Source: an uncultured Bacillota bacterium (GTDB taxonomy: Bacteria > Bacillota > DTU025 > MWDF01). Taken from it: DNA of 64,000 nt. Both the position numbers and the translations under genes were made by a program. Below, piece after piece: positions 30,231 to 41,320 of this stretch; position 1 is the first letter of the stretch; every line of letters begins with the position of its first letter. The stretch covers positions 320,001 to 384,000 of the forward strand of contig CAWGMK010000013.1 of NCBI GenBank assembly GCA_963823655.1, in the 5' to 3' direction. The notes beneath the pieces were generated by a model. The model was not told the DNA's origin. It ran no database searches and was given only the letters and a program-made list of their open reading frames with translations.

Positions 30231-33200
30231 CTAGAGCACGGGGCCCTTGATTTCGACTATACCATCCTTGAGTCCTGTTGTCTGCCCCGGCTTGATTATC
30301 CACGCTGTAATCACGATGATGATCTCCTGGTCCTTGGTATCCGTGCCGCGCTTTGTGAACAGCTCCTTGATAAGAGGGATGTCGCCGAGTATCGGCACCT
30401 TGGTTATGGTCTCGATCTCCTCCTGGCTGAACAGGCCGCCGATTATCGCCGATTTGCCGTTCTTGACCGTGACTATAGTCTCAAGCTCCCTGGTCCTTAT
30501 CTGAGGGTAGTTCTGCGGCGTCCAGCCGATGATAGAGCTTATTATCGGCTTCACTTCTGCCGTTATGCTGCCGTCGTAGCTGACCTTAGGCAGTATGGTA
30601 AGCTCGATGCCGGCGTTGATGTACTCAACTGTGTTGACTACCTGTCCTTGATCGACGTTCTGCACAATGACTGGTATCCTGTCGCCGATCAGCATCCTGC
30701 CTGCCTTGCCGTCCACAGTATAGGTGTGCTGCTTGGATATCAGCTTGGCCTTGCCCTCATTGGCGAGAGCGGCAATCTTATTGTCGAAGTCCAGGCTCAC
30801 TGTTGCCAGCTGGGACAGCGTATTGTAGCCGAATACCAGCTTGTTGATCGTCCAATCGATGCCCAACCTCTTGGTAGCGTCACCCGACAGCTCGTAGAGG
30901 CTTGCTTCGAAGAACACCTGGGCGAGTTCCTGGTCCAGCTGATCGATGATTTCGACCAATTGAGCCTGCTCGCTGGCCTTGGCCGTGACGATTAGCGAGG
31001 AGGTCCTGGTATCGATCGAGACCTTGCCTGTGGTCACTTCGCCCAGTGCCGCCTTGAGGTCCGCGGGCTCGGCGTGGTTGAGCTTGTATACTCTTGTGAC
31101 CGATGCGTCTGCGTCCACCGATACCTGCGTTACGCTCTTTACATCAAGGGTGGCAATCACTTCTGCCGCCAGCTTCTGAATCTCGGGAACGGCCTTGATG
31201 ATAAGAGTTCCGCTCCTGTCGTCAGGCAACATCGAGCTTGCGGGAAGCAGTATGGTAAGCGCTGAGCTTATCTCAGTCGGAGAGGCATTGTTAAGCTTGT
31301 AGGTCTTGTATTCGGCAGAGCTCCGCCGAGACGTCCTCGGGCGACTTGATGTCGATGTCCAGCTTGGATATTACCTCTTCGATGAGTGCCAGCTCGCTTT
31401 CGGTGCCGTACACTATCATGCTGTTCGTTCTCTCAGCCACCTGAATTTTGGCAGAGGACGCTACCAGCTTCACCGGCGCTTCCATATCTTTTGCGCTGGC
31501 GTACTTGAGCTGGAAGAAGCCCAACCTGACAGGATCGCTAAGTAGAACTGCCGCTTGAGCGACCGGAACGTCCAAGGCCGAGATTATGGTCATAGCCTGG
31601 GATTTTAGCTCCGGTGTGACTATCAGCATAACCTTATTGGTGCGCTCGTTGATGGAGATCTTCGAAGCGGGAAGCAGTACTGACAGCGAGGCCCTTACAT
31701 CGGCAGCACTGGCGTTTGTAAGCTGTACGACTTCAAGGGTCTCTCTCACAGCCGCTGCCACGGCCCCTCTTTCAATAGGAGCTACATCAAGCTTGGCTAT
31801 GAGGCTTTCAATCATCTTGAGCTCCATGGAAGTCCCATATGCCGTTATGCTTGAAGTCGGGTCGGCCGCCTGGATCTTGGCTTCACCAGCTACCACTTTG
31901 ACGGAAGCTTCGATGTCAGAAGGCTTTACATTATATAGCTTGTAGAAGCCCATCGACACCGTCTCGGTAGTCTGGGCGACTTCTCCGTCGAGCCTTATGT
32001 CCAGCTCGGCGATGATCGCCATTGCCTGTGAGAACTCCTCGTCCGTGACGTTCATTATTATCTTGTTGGTCCTGGCGTCTACGTTGATCTTGGCGCCAGA
32101 TATCACGGCTTCAAGGGCCTTGCCTACTTCTACGGCGGGGGCGTACTTCAGCTGTACTATCTGCAGAGCCTCGACTCCGGTCGCCAAGGCGACTACTGGC
32201 TGCACTTTTGGTGCAACTTCGACGTCCAGGTTGCCGATTATGTCCAGGGCTACTGCCTTGCCTGCAGGAGTCACCATGACGATGACCTTGTTGGTGCGCT
32301 CGTCGATGTTGACGTTGGCGGCGCCCAGCACCCCGTCCAGGACTCTCTTCACGTCCGCTGCGACGGCGTATTTCAGCTGTACCATTTCGAGAGTAGGCTC
32401 GATAGTCGCAACCGCAGTGGTGGCGACGGGCACGTCGAGGGCGCTGATGATGCTCATGGCAAGCTGCTTCTTCGCCGGTGTTACGATCATCAGTACCTTA
32501 TTGCTGCGATCGTCTACGCTTACCTTGCCCTGTCCAAGGGCTGCGTCCAGCGCCGGTTTCACGTCAGCAACTTTAGCGAACTTAAGCTCTACTACCTCAA
32601 GGTTTTCAACCTCGACCGGAGCTACCGCTGTATCTATCCTTACATCCAGTTCATTGATGACGGCCATAGCAAGCAGCTTTTCCTCCGGGGTGACCTTCAA
32701 AAGCAGCTTGTTGGTCCTCTGGTCTATTGATATGCTCGACGGCGCAAGTACTGCGGCAAGTGCCTTTTGTACGTCGGCGGCCTGAGCGTACTTGAGCTGC
32801 ACTACTTCAAGCGAGCTTATGGCTGGCTTGACGGATACTGAAGCCATCTCTATGTCCAGGTTCTGTATGATCTGGGCTGCTAGGGCTCTCTCATCAGGAG
32901 TGCCCAGTATGATTACCTTGTTGGTGCGCTCGTCGATGTTGACCTTGTCTGGGCCTAGAACACCGTCTAATACCTTCTTGGCGTCAGCGGCGTTGGCGTA
33001 TGTTAGGTTCATCACCTCAAGGCTGGGAACCACTGCAATAACGGCCGGCTGGTCCACCTTTACATCGATTGCGCCGATTATCTCCATAGCCATCAGCATC
33101 TCAGCCGGTGTTACCTTAAGCAGGACCTTATTTGTCCTCTCATCAATAGTCACATTCTCGGCGGGAAGCACTGATGCCAATGCCTTCTGTACGTCGGCGG

Positions 33201-34650
33201 CCATTGCGTGCTTGAGCTCAACGACCTCCATGGACACTGCCGGTTGTATTGCTGCAGCGTTCTTCACTGAGAGCGCCTCTTCGTCGAGCTTCTTGAGAGC
33301 CTCAGCAATTAGCGCATGGTCGGCATCTGTGCCGTAGGCTACAAGGCTGTTGTTGCTTTCGATCACCTGCAGCTTGGCTCCGGATGCGACAAGCCTCACG
33401 ACTGCTTCGATATCCTGGGCTTTGGCGTGCACCGGGCTGTAATAGCCGAGCCTTAGGATAGGAGCTGCCACGGACGCAACAGCAGCTACATCTGCGACTT
33501 TGACGTCCAGCTCCTTTATTAGGGCCATTGCCTCGGCGCTTTTTGCGGCGTCGACGAGCATCACTATCTTGTTTGTGCGCTCATCTATCGCGATCTTATT
33601 TGCGGGCAGGACGACGGTCATGGCTTCCGCCACATCCGCGACTTTCGCATATAGAAGAGTCACTACTTCAAGCTTCTCCTGGACAGTAGCCACGGCGGCT
33701 GATTTCGGTGTAGCGGCCTCAATGTTCTTCACAAGGTCGCTTACCCTGGTGTATTCCTCAGGAGTCGCTTTGATGATTAGCGTATTGCTCTTTGCGTCCG
33801 CCTGTATCCTATCGGCGGGGATTATTAGTGAAGCTACAGCCTTTACTTCGGCTGCGGCAGCGTTAGTCAGTTGTATGACGCGGATCTCCACCGGTTGAGT
33901 AGTGACTGATTCAGCTTTCTTTACGATGTCAAGTTTCTCAATGATGCTCCTGGCAGCCTTTACGTCAGTCAGCTTGCCGCCGGCGAGTATCGCATTGAGC
34001 CTTGTATCAACCGCAAGCGACGCCTTCAGCAGCTTGGATACTGCGTCAAATACGCCCTGTGCCTCTGCGTTCGAAAGCTGGATTATATCGATTACTTCCT
34101 CTTCGGAGACGGTCATCTTGGTTACAGGCAAAGGCGCATCTACCTTGGCGAGGAACGCCTTGGCGAGCGCGATATCCGCCTGATTGCCCCTTATGAGCAG
34201 CGTGCCGGACTTGTCGTCTGGCTGGGCCGCTATTCCGGGGATGGCGAATGATAGCTTGGTCGCGGCATCAGTTGCGGAGATGTTCAACAGCTCTACTTTC
34301 TCCACTACTGCCTTGTCCATAAGCTTGCTGACAGTCCCCTTGGGGCCTACCATAATCGTTCCGTTCATATATATGTACTCAAGGTCTGACACGGAGCAGA
34401 TTATATCGAGTGCCTCTTCAACGGGTACGTTTGTCAGCTTGACCGTAATTTTGCCCGATACCGCCGGGCTTACTACTATATTGGATCCGCCTACTTGTGC
34501 GAGGACCCTGAATACTTCAGCTAGCTCCGCAAATTTCAAATCAAGGCTTACCTTGGCGGGCGAGCTCGCTGCGAATGAGCGCACGCCCAGCGTTAGCATC
34601 GCAAGTACCAGGGTTAGCGCAAATATCGCCCTAATCTTACTTGGCTTCAA
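30231..34650 (-). CDS. pilQ: Giant PilQ-like secretin, ~1470 aa, N0 plus 16 N-domain repeats (frameshift near 31315)
   Basis: Signal peptide, N0 (VSLDLKFAEL...VSGKITVKL), repeated LKYAxAxDV...IDERTNK...LD units, secretin domain (IGDRIPV, KVPILGDIPLI). The frames join as ...SAEYKTYKLNNASPTEI. Confidence 0.9.
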
Positions 34651-35231
34651 TTGGACTCACCCCCCAAGACGAATTCCTTCTGGAACCCTTTATATGATAG
34701 TGTAAGTTTGCTTTCATTAATCTTAGTGACTACAATGTCTCCAACTAGTATGTCTCCTGGCCTTGCGCTGTATGTGGTCTGTTCGACTTCAATAATCGCG
34801 TATATCTTGTTGCTAGCCCTGATGATACCCGCATACCTTATGTTGGGCCATTCAGGCTCTGGCGGCAGGGGCTCCGGCATCAGATTATCGAAAGGATCCC
34901 ATCTTCCTATTGTCAGTGCAGATAGCGCTTGATCCTTCCTGTCTCCTGATGTGTCCTCGGCATCCTTGAGGCTGCTGTTGAGAGTATCGCCGATCTTCTG
35001 CTGCAGCTTATATTTGGCCTCGATCAACAGCGAGTCGTCCGAAGCCGGTTTTGCATATGGCAGAATATACCTAACAAAACCGACTGAAAGTGCTGCTAGG
35101 ATAATTATTAGCAGTACGACGATCAGTATTATCTGATTCCTGAGGTTTTTCCGGGCTCTTTCGGCAGGCGTCAGAGGCATCTTGCCGCGAGGCAGCTCCG
35201 GGCGCGGACTTACGCTATTGGGCACTGCCAT
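34647..35231 (-). CDS. PilP-like pilus assembly protein
   Basis: TM helix, GRWDPF motif, beta domain YAGII...AIIE...PGD; sits between pilO and the secretin. Confidence 0.7.
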   Translation of the reverse strand: MAVPNSVSPRPELPRGKMPLTPAERARKNLRNQIILIVVLLIIILAALSVGFVRYILPYAKPASDDSLLIEAKYKLQQKIGDTLNSSLKDAEDTSGDRKDQALSALTIGRWDPFDNLMPEPLPPEPEWPNIRYAGIIRASNKIYAIIEVEQTTYSARPGDILVGDIVVTKINESKLTLSYKGFQKEFVLGGESN

Positions 35232-35823
35232 TCTGAGCACCTCCCTTCGGACGAATGAACAGGCTTAAGTTGCATATCGAGTGAAGCTTGTCAATTTGCT
35301 TTGTAGTACCATCTTCAGCGATCTTCGTTTCGGCCTGTAAGTCGAAGCTGTAGCTATTGACGGCAAGTTTCCTGTTCAGAATCTCTAATGAAATCATAGA
35401 AAGCTTTGATACCAGCATAGCTTCCTGTGATTTCGACATATGTGCCAACATCTAGGAATCTGCCAAGGGGTTTTGCATTATTGAACCTGACTGAACCGAG
35501 CTCAACTCCGGCCCTCTTCGCCATTGACTCAAGATCCCGAATGAAGAATGCTTGTTTCTCCTCGTCGGCGATGAACGTTTCCTCATTTCTGAGTTGCTCC
35601 AAAGCCAGTCTTTAAGGAAGCATCTGCTTCATCAGCCTTATTCAGCTTATTCAAATCGGCTCTAAGCTGCATTTCTGAAGTCTTGAGCTCTTCGCGCGCC
35701 AGTTCGAGCCTTTCTTGCTGAGGCGCAAAAACGTACACATATAACGCCACCAAGCCCGCCAAGACTAGAAAGACCCCTAAGTATCTTAAGTGCTCTGATA
35801 TCTCTGCTACCTAGCTTTGCCAA
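35215..35823 (-). CDS. pilO: PilO-like protein (about three frameshifts)
   Basis: Reconstructed TM GVFLVLAGLVALYVYVFAPQ, coiled coil, FIRDLESMAKRAGVEL and ITGSYAGIKAF. Confidence 0.7.
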
Positions 35824-35828
35824 ACCCC

Positions 35829-36383
35829 TCACCTCCTCCTTTCAAGGGCTCCGGTGATAACGAAGTCCTCATAGGAAGTAGCGGTTTCTCTATCCTCTGT
35901 TGTTGTTACTGAGCTGATCTTTATATCCTTATAGGCATTTGATGATTCAAGCGAGAATACAGATCTGGCTACTGACTGATAGCTGTATGTCACTCCATTA
36001 ATTGTAATTGTTTCCTGAGGGTTGACATTGGCACTGGTGAGCCAGACGTCAGCAGGAACTTTTGCCTTTAACTCTGCCAAAAACATGGCAGGACTCAAGT
36101 GCGGATTCTCTAAAGCAATTACCTCGTCATACAACTTCTTAATTTCCAGAGTCCTTGCTTCCACGTTTGCAACTGCCTGAACATCCTTCTTAATCATTGC
36201 TATGGATGTCTTGACTTCCTCTGTCCTCTCTTGAGTCTTGATTATTGCCAGCCGCCTGTAGGAATAGAGCCCTGAGAGGCAGGCAATGAGCACAACACCT
36301 AGGATTATCAGTGCAAGCGCTATAGGTCCCAGCGATTGCCTTATTTTTGGTCTAGCGGGAAGAAGGTTGATGTTGTTCCTCAT
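35829..36383 (-). CDS. pilN: PilN
   Basis: INLLP motif, TM helix, VPADVWLTS. Confidence 0.9.
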   Translation of the reverse strand: MRNNINLLPARPKIRQSLGPIALALIILGVVLIACLSGLYSYRRLAIIKTQERTEEVKTSIAMIKKDVQAVANVEARTLEIKKLYDEVIALENPHLSPAMFLAELKAKVPADVWLTSANVNPQETITINGVTYSYQSVARSVFSLESSNAYKDIKISSVTTTEDRETATSYEDFVITGALERRR

Positions 36384-37508
36384 TCCTCCACCACCTCCCT
36401 AAGTGCCAGCCCTACAGCCACTGACATTACAGGGGACATCTTTTCTACATCTAGCCCGTCTACCATTGTAGAAGAGACCTTTATAAGTTTATAGGGATTG
36501 CCTAAGCCTACGGGAAGCCCTGTTACATTGCTTAATAGTTCTCCAAATCCCTTAAGTTTAGAGCCCCCTCCTGCAAGTACTATCTCTTTCACAGCCAAGT
36601 TTTCGACTTTGCTTTGTAGTTGAGCGTCATGGTATGTGATGCTTCTCTTGCATTCTAGGCACAGCCCGTGAGCTACATCATAGATACCCTCAAGTAGCGC
36701 TCTCCTCTTTGGGCTTTGCTCCGATATATACTCTTCTTCGGCAGAAACCACTTCAGCTTCGGCAATTTTCAGTGCCTCAGCTTCATCTGCTTCTAATTGC
36801 ATTGTCTTCATGACCACTTCAGTAAAGTGATTACCGCCGATTTGCACAATTCTTGTCATCCTGAGATTTTCTCCATTGCAGATGACAAGATCCGTCGTGC
36901 CGCCCCCGATGTCAATGTATGCAGTGCTGCCGGTCTCATCTGAACCACTTAATCCATAAGCCCTCATCATGCAGAAAGGCTGGATATCTATTGCTATCGG
37001 ATTTAGGCCCGCAAGCTCAAGTGCCGCAGCGAAGCTCTCAACTTTACTTTTGAGCGCCGCAACTAAGCATAACTTCTACGTCCGCAGTTGCATCCTGAAG
37101 GAGCAATGTCGGATCAGGCATGACTACATCAATTACTGCTTCTTCAGCCGGGAATGGCAGATACTTGTCCGCTTCCCACTTGATTGCTTCCTTTAACTCG
37201 TCATACGGCATGTGAGGGAATACGACGGGGCGAACGATTACGTCCTGCCCTGCAATCGCACATGATACATCTCTGCTTCTGAAACCTGCTTCCCGCCACA
37301 TCTTCCTGATTACATCTGCTACTGCTGCTGTATCGATGACCGAACCTTCTCTTACACCTTCAAAAGGAGTTTTCGCAGAAGCAATGCCTACCAATTCGAT
37401 ATCGCCATGCAAATTCGCAACCTCAGCGATTTTTATCGAGGTAGTGCCTATGTCAACACCAATTGCTGTCGAACCTTTTCTAATGAATGGTTTTCGGGTT
37501 GGGCTCAA
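36380..37508 (-). CDS. pilM: PilM (frameshifted)
   Basis: GVDIGTTSIK, YLPFP, IDIGGGTT, LAGGGS and AVGLALR motifs. Confidence 0.9.
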
Positions 37509-37554
37509 GCAGCTCACCTCCGAATTTCTAGGAATTAACTATAACTGATACATT

Positions 37555-37581
37555 ATTCTACCCACATATGCTTTCACCTGC
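37555..37581 (-). promoter_or_regulatory. sigmaH-like promoter upstream of pilM
   Basis: GCAGGT-N17-GAAT, an imperfect match to AGGA-N17/18-GAAT. Confidence 0.35.
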
Positions 37582-38359
37582 TAATGTGGGAAAATTATCG
37601 CACTTATTGATATATTCGAAACAATAATTGCAGCTACTGCAAGGTACGGGCCAAATGGTACAGGTTGTCCTTTGCTCGCTTTGCCCAGCTTAATAAGTAT
37701 AAATGTCCCAATTAGTCCGAGTATAGAGCCTAAAAGCAAAACAATGACCGTTTGATACCATCCCAAGTAGGCGCCTACCGCTGCGATATACTTGATGTCA
37801 CCTCCGCCCATTTTTCCGTTGGAAATTTCGGCAAGTATAAGAAGAAAACCCCCACATGATACTGCACCGAGAATTGCATTCAGGAGTAATTTTACCCCTG
37901 GATCAGCCCAGATATAAAGGCTAAAGGGTTGATGAATGGAATTCCTAAAAGGTGAGGCTAAGATAAAAATAGACATAAGAGGAATCGTTATTATATCGGG
38001 TATCATTTGTGTTCTAAGTCAGTAAGCGCGATTATTAATGATGCCGACATGAAAATATAAAGAAGCGCCATCTCCAAACCCATTCCATATTTGTAATAAG
38101 CGATCAAGGCAAATAGCGCTGAAGCAATCTCAACCAAAGGATACTGGATGCTAATTTTAACCTCGCAGTATCTGCATCTTCCTTTAAGCATCAGCCAGCT
38201 GAAAACTGGTATAAGGTCTCGGGGAGCTAAGACTGTTTTGCACTTCGGACATATGGACCTTTCACCCTTGAGATCCATATCTCCAGGAAGACGGTAAATT
38301 AGAACGTTGTAGAAACTGCCAAGCAGGACTCCCAGAATAACAAGAAAAATATACATCAT
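37581..38359 (-). CDS. pilD: Prepilin peptidase PilD (frameshift near 38005)
   Basis: GSFYNVLIYRLP, CPKC and CRYC, TDLE/IPD, MGGGDIK and PFGPYL motifs. Confidence 0.93.
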
Positions 38360-38501
38360 ATATGAAGGTTTACCCCTCTAATTAATCGCAGAGTAATTCC
38401 CGCTCTGCGTTTATTCCCCCTAACACTCATAAGGATTATCTAAAAACCATAAATCCTAAAATCCATGTATAAATACCAACAATAAAACTACTCCCATTAA
38501 T

Positions 38502-38542
38502 AAAAACACACCTGAGGAAACCTTGGCTTCCTCAGGTGTGTT
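38502..38542 (-). terminator. Intrinsic terminator after the major pilin
   Basis: 15-bp stem AACACACCTGAGGAA/TTCCTCAGGTGTGTT ending in a T-run on the minus strand. Confidence 0.85.
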
Positions 38543-38549
38543 AACAATA

Positions 38550-38896
38550 TTAGTGCACGCTGCAGTCAACTAATCCTGTAGTAGCAGAAATTGATAAAGT
38601 ACCGGTAGTTGAGCAAAGTATAGCTGCATCGAGATACTTTTGACCTGGGACAGCACCGTAGCCGGAGTTGTCGTCCATAAATCGGCAATAGCAGTTGGCC
38701 ACGCACCTTGATCTGCAAAGTAAATGCCCGCAGCAGAGTAAATAGTCCGACGATTTGCGTCGCAGGCAGCTTGTTGAGCTCTCGTTCTGAAGCTTTGATA
38801 AGCCGGTACTGCTATTGCGATTAGAATACCGATAATGATGATTACAATCATAAGTTCCATAATGGTAAAGCCTTTTTGATTCCTAGTCTTTCTCAT
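38550..38896 (-). CDS. pilA: Type IVa major pilin (frameshift near 38660)
   Basis: Class III signal QKG|FTIMELMIV with E5 and P22. The alternative frame restores a Cys-bracketed end KYLDAAILCSTTGTLSISATTGLVDCSVH*. Confidence 0.88.
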
Positions 38897-38934
38897 TTTC
38901 TGCACCTCCATATAAATTGGTATAACGCGAATAA

Positions 38935-40147
38935 TTACACGAAACTCGCCATTGAAAACATAGGCAACATTATCGATGCTACTAGTATTCCGGCAATTCC
39001 GCCTATGAACAGGATCATTATCGGTTCTATCATTGATGTCATTGCTTTTAGCGCTACATCGGTCTCTTCGTCGTAGAAGTCGGCCACCTTCTCTAACATT
39101 GTATCCAAAGCTCCGGTTTCTTCACCTATTGCCACCATATGTCCTAACATAGGCGGGAATATCGTAGACTGTTTCAGAGGTTTTCCTAAGCCTGATCCTT
39201 CTTTAACACCTAATCTTGCAGCTTCAATATCCTTCCTCATTACATAGTTGCCAGCTGTTTTCTCAAGCAACTCAAGTCCTTGAAGCATTGGGACTCCACT
39301 TTGCACCATCATTCCAAATGTTCTTGAGAACATCGCTGTACTACTCTTTCTAATAACTGGTCCAATGATAGGTACTCTGATTATTAGCCTATCAAACCAT
39401 GGCTTTAATGGCTTTGTTATTAGCCATCTAACACTAAAGAATAGAGCTACGAGTCACTATTGCAATAACATACCAATAATTCTGCATAAACTCCGCGGCT
39501 CCGAATACAACTTTCGTAATCGTCGGTAACTCAGTATCGAAGCTATCGAACATGTCTACAAAGGCCGGAAGCACAAAAGTCATTAATATTCCTACTGCAA
39601 TGATTGCCACTCCAACTAGGAAAAAGTGGATATGCCAAAGCCCCTTTACCTTGTTGATATTCTTATTGCTGTTCTCATAATATCTAGCTGTTCTATCAAG
39701 TACTCTATCAAGAGCTCCGGCAGTCTCACCAGCTTCTACCAAATTCGTAAACATGGGTGGGAATATTCCAGGATAGTTCCTAATAGCATTTGAAAACGAT
39801 TCTCCACCTTCTACTCTTTTCCTAACATCATTAATAACTGCAGCCAAATTTTTTCTTTCCACTTGGGCAGCAAGTACATTTAAGGCACTCACTAACGGAA
39901 GGCCTGCTTCAATCATTGTTGCCAACTGTCTGCTAAGAAGCGAAAGCTCTTTAACACTAACTTTCTTCGCCTTTGGACGTTATCAGAGCTGGAAGTGGCT
40001 GTTTTAGTTGCCTCCGCCTGAAGTAATGCTTATCGGGATATTGCCCTGCTGACGAAGTCGATCAACAACAATCTGCCTCGATTCAACATCCATAACGCCT
40101 TCAATGGAATGACCTTTGCTGTCTCTAGCCTTATAGGTGAACTGCAA
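38935..40147 (-). CDS. pilC: PilC/GspF platform protein (multiple frameshifts)
   Basis: QFTYKARD start, ATMIEAGLPL, AGETAGALD, LPTITK, IGEETGALD and IEP motifs. Confidence 0.92.
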
Positions 40148-40195
40148 TTTCTCACCTCCTGTTTGTTGGCAGATTGTCCCCTCAAGTACTTACTA

Positions 40196-40224
40196 ATTCT
40201 TCAAGTTACTCGAAATATCCTTCT
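40196..40224 (-). promoter_or_regulatory. sigmaH-like promoter upstream of pilC-pilA
   Basis: GAAGGATAT-N12-GAAGAAT matches RnAGGAwww-N11/12-RnnGAAT. Confidence 0.55.
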
Positions 40225-40236
40225 TTGTTAACTGTA

Positions 40237-41294
40237 TTAACTGCCAATCATTCTTTTAAGCTCTTCTTGATCAATTGCCCTACCCATAGCCTCTTCCTTA
40301 CTAATTTGTCTATTGAGGAAGAGATCCCTAAGTGAGCTGTCCATCGACTGCATACCATATTTGCCACCAGTTTGAATAACCGAATATATCTGATGAGTCT
40401 TGCCTTCCCTAATAAGGTTTCTGGCGGCAGCTGTCGCCATCATCACTTCCACTGCAACACACCTGCCGCTATTATCCTTATTGGGCATGAGCTGCTGAGA
40501 AAGGACCCCAATAATACTCCGGCAAGCTGTATCCTTATCTGCCCCTGCTGGTTCCCCGGGAACTGGTCGATAATCCTGTCAATTGTCTGGACTGTATCCA
40601 CCGTATGAAGAGTTGCCAGAACCAAATGCCCAGTTTCAGCTGCAGTGACAGCAATCGAAGTAGTTTCTGGATCTCGCATTTCTCCTACGAGTATCACATC
40701 CGGATCCTCACGAAGAGCAGCCCTCAATCCATTTGCAAAGGTCTCTGTATCATTGCCAACCTCTCGCTGGTTGACCATCGCCTTCTTATGCTTATGCAAG
40801 TACTCTATAGGGTCCTCGAGAGTGATGATATGGCACGCTCTAGTGTTATTTATGATATCGATAATTGAGGCCAGAGTAGTCGACTTGCCGCTGCCAGTAG
40901 GGCCAGTGACCAGGAACAAGCCTCTTTGCTTCTCGGCTATGGCATTTACGGAAGCAGGAATACCCAACTCCCTCAATGTCCTGATTTCCGTCGGTATAGT
41001 CCTGAATGCTCCTGCCAATGTCCCTCTTTGGTGGTATATGTTCACCCTGAAGCGGCCGACTCCGGCAATAGAATAAGAAAGGTCGACTTCGCCTTTCGAA
41101 TCTAAGCGCTTCTTCTGTTCCTCATTCAGCAATCCCATGAAAAGCTGCCTGATATCGTTCGGAAGAAGCTTCGGCAAATCGCCAACTGGCATGAGGTCGC
41201 CAACGTTCCTGGCCATAGGCGGAAGGCCTACGGTGAAGTGAACATCCGAGGCACCCATGGAAAACCCCTGTGTCAAGATGTCATCCAGTTCCAT
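40237..41294 (-). CDS. pilT: Retraction ATPase PilT (frameshift near 40500)
   Basis: GPTGSGKSTT, EDPIEY, ALREDPD, AAETGHLV and AARNLIRE motifs. Confidence 0.95.
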
Positions 41295-41320
41295 TTCGCA
41301 CCTCCATGCCTATTTAAATG

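Noticed and set aside
38550-38896. Electrically conductive pilin idea (aromatics at mature positions 1, 24, 27, 50, 51, 57, plus a cytochrome in the window)
   Set aside because: These positions are commonly aromatic in type IVa pilins, total aromatic content is modest with a long aromatic-free tail, the cytochrome gene is unlinked, and the e-pilin criteria are disputed.
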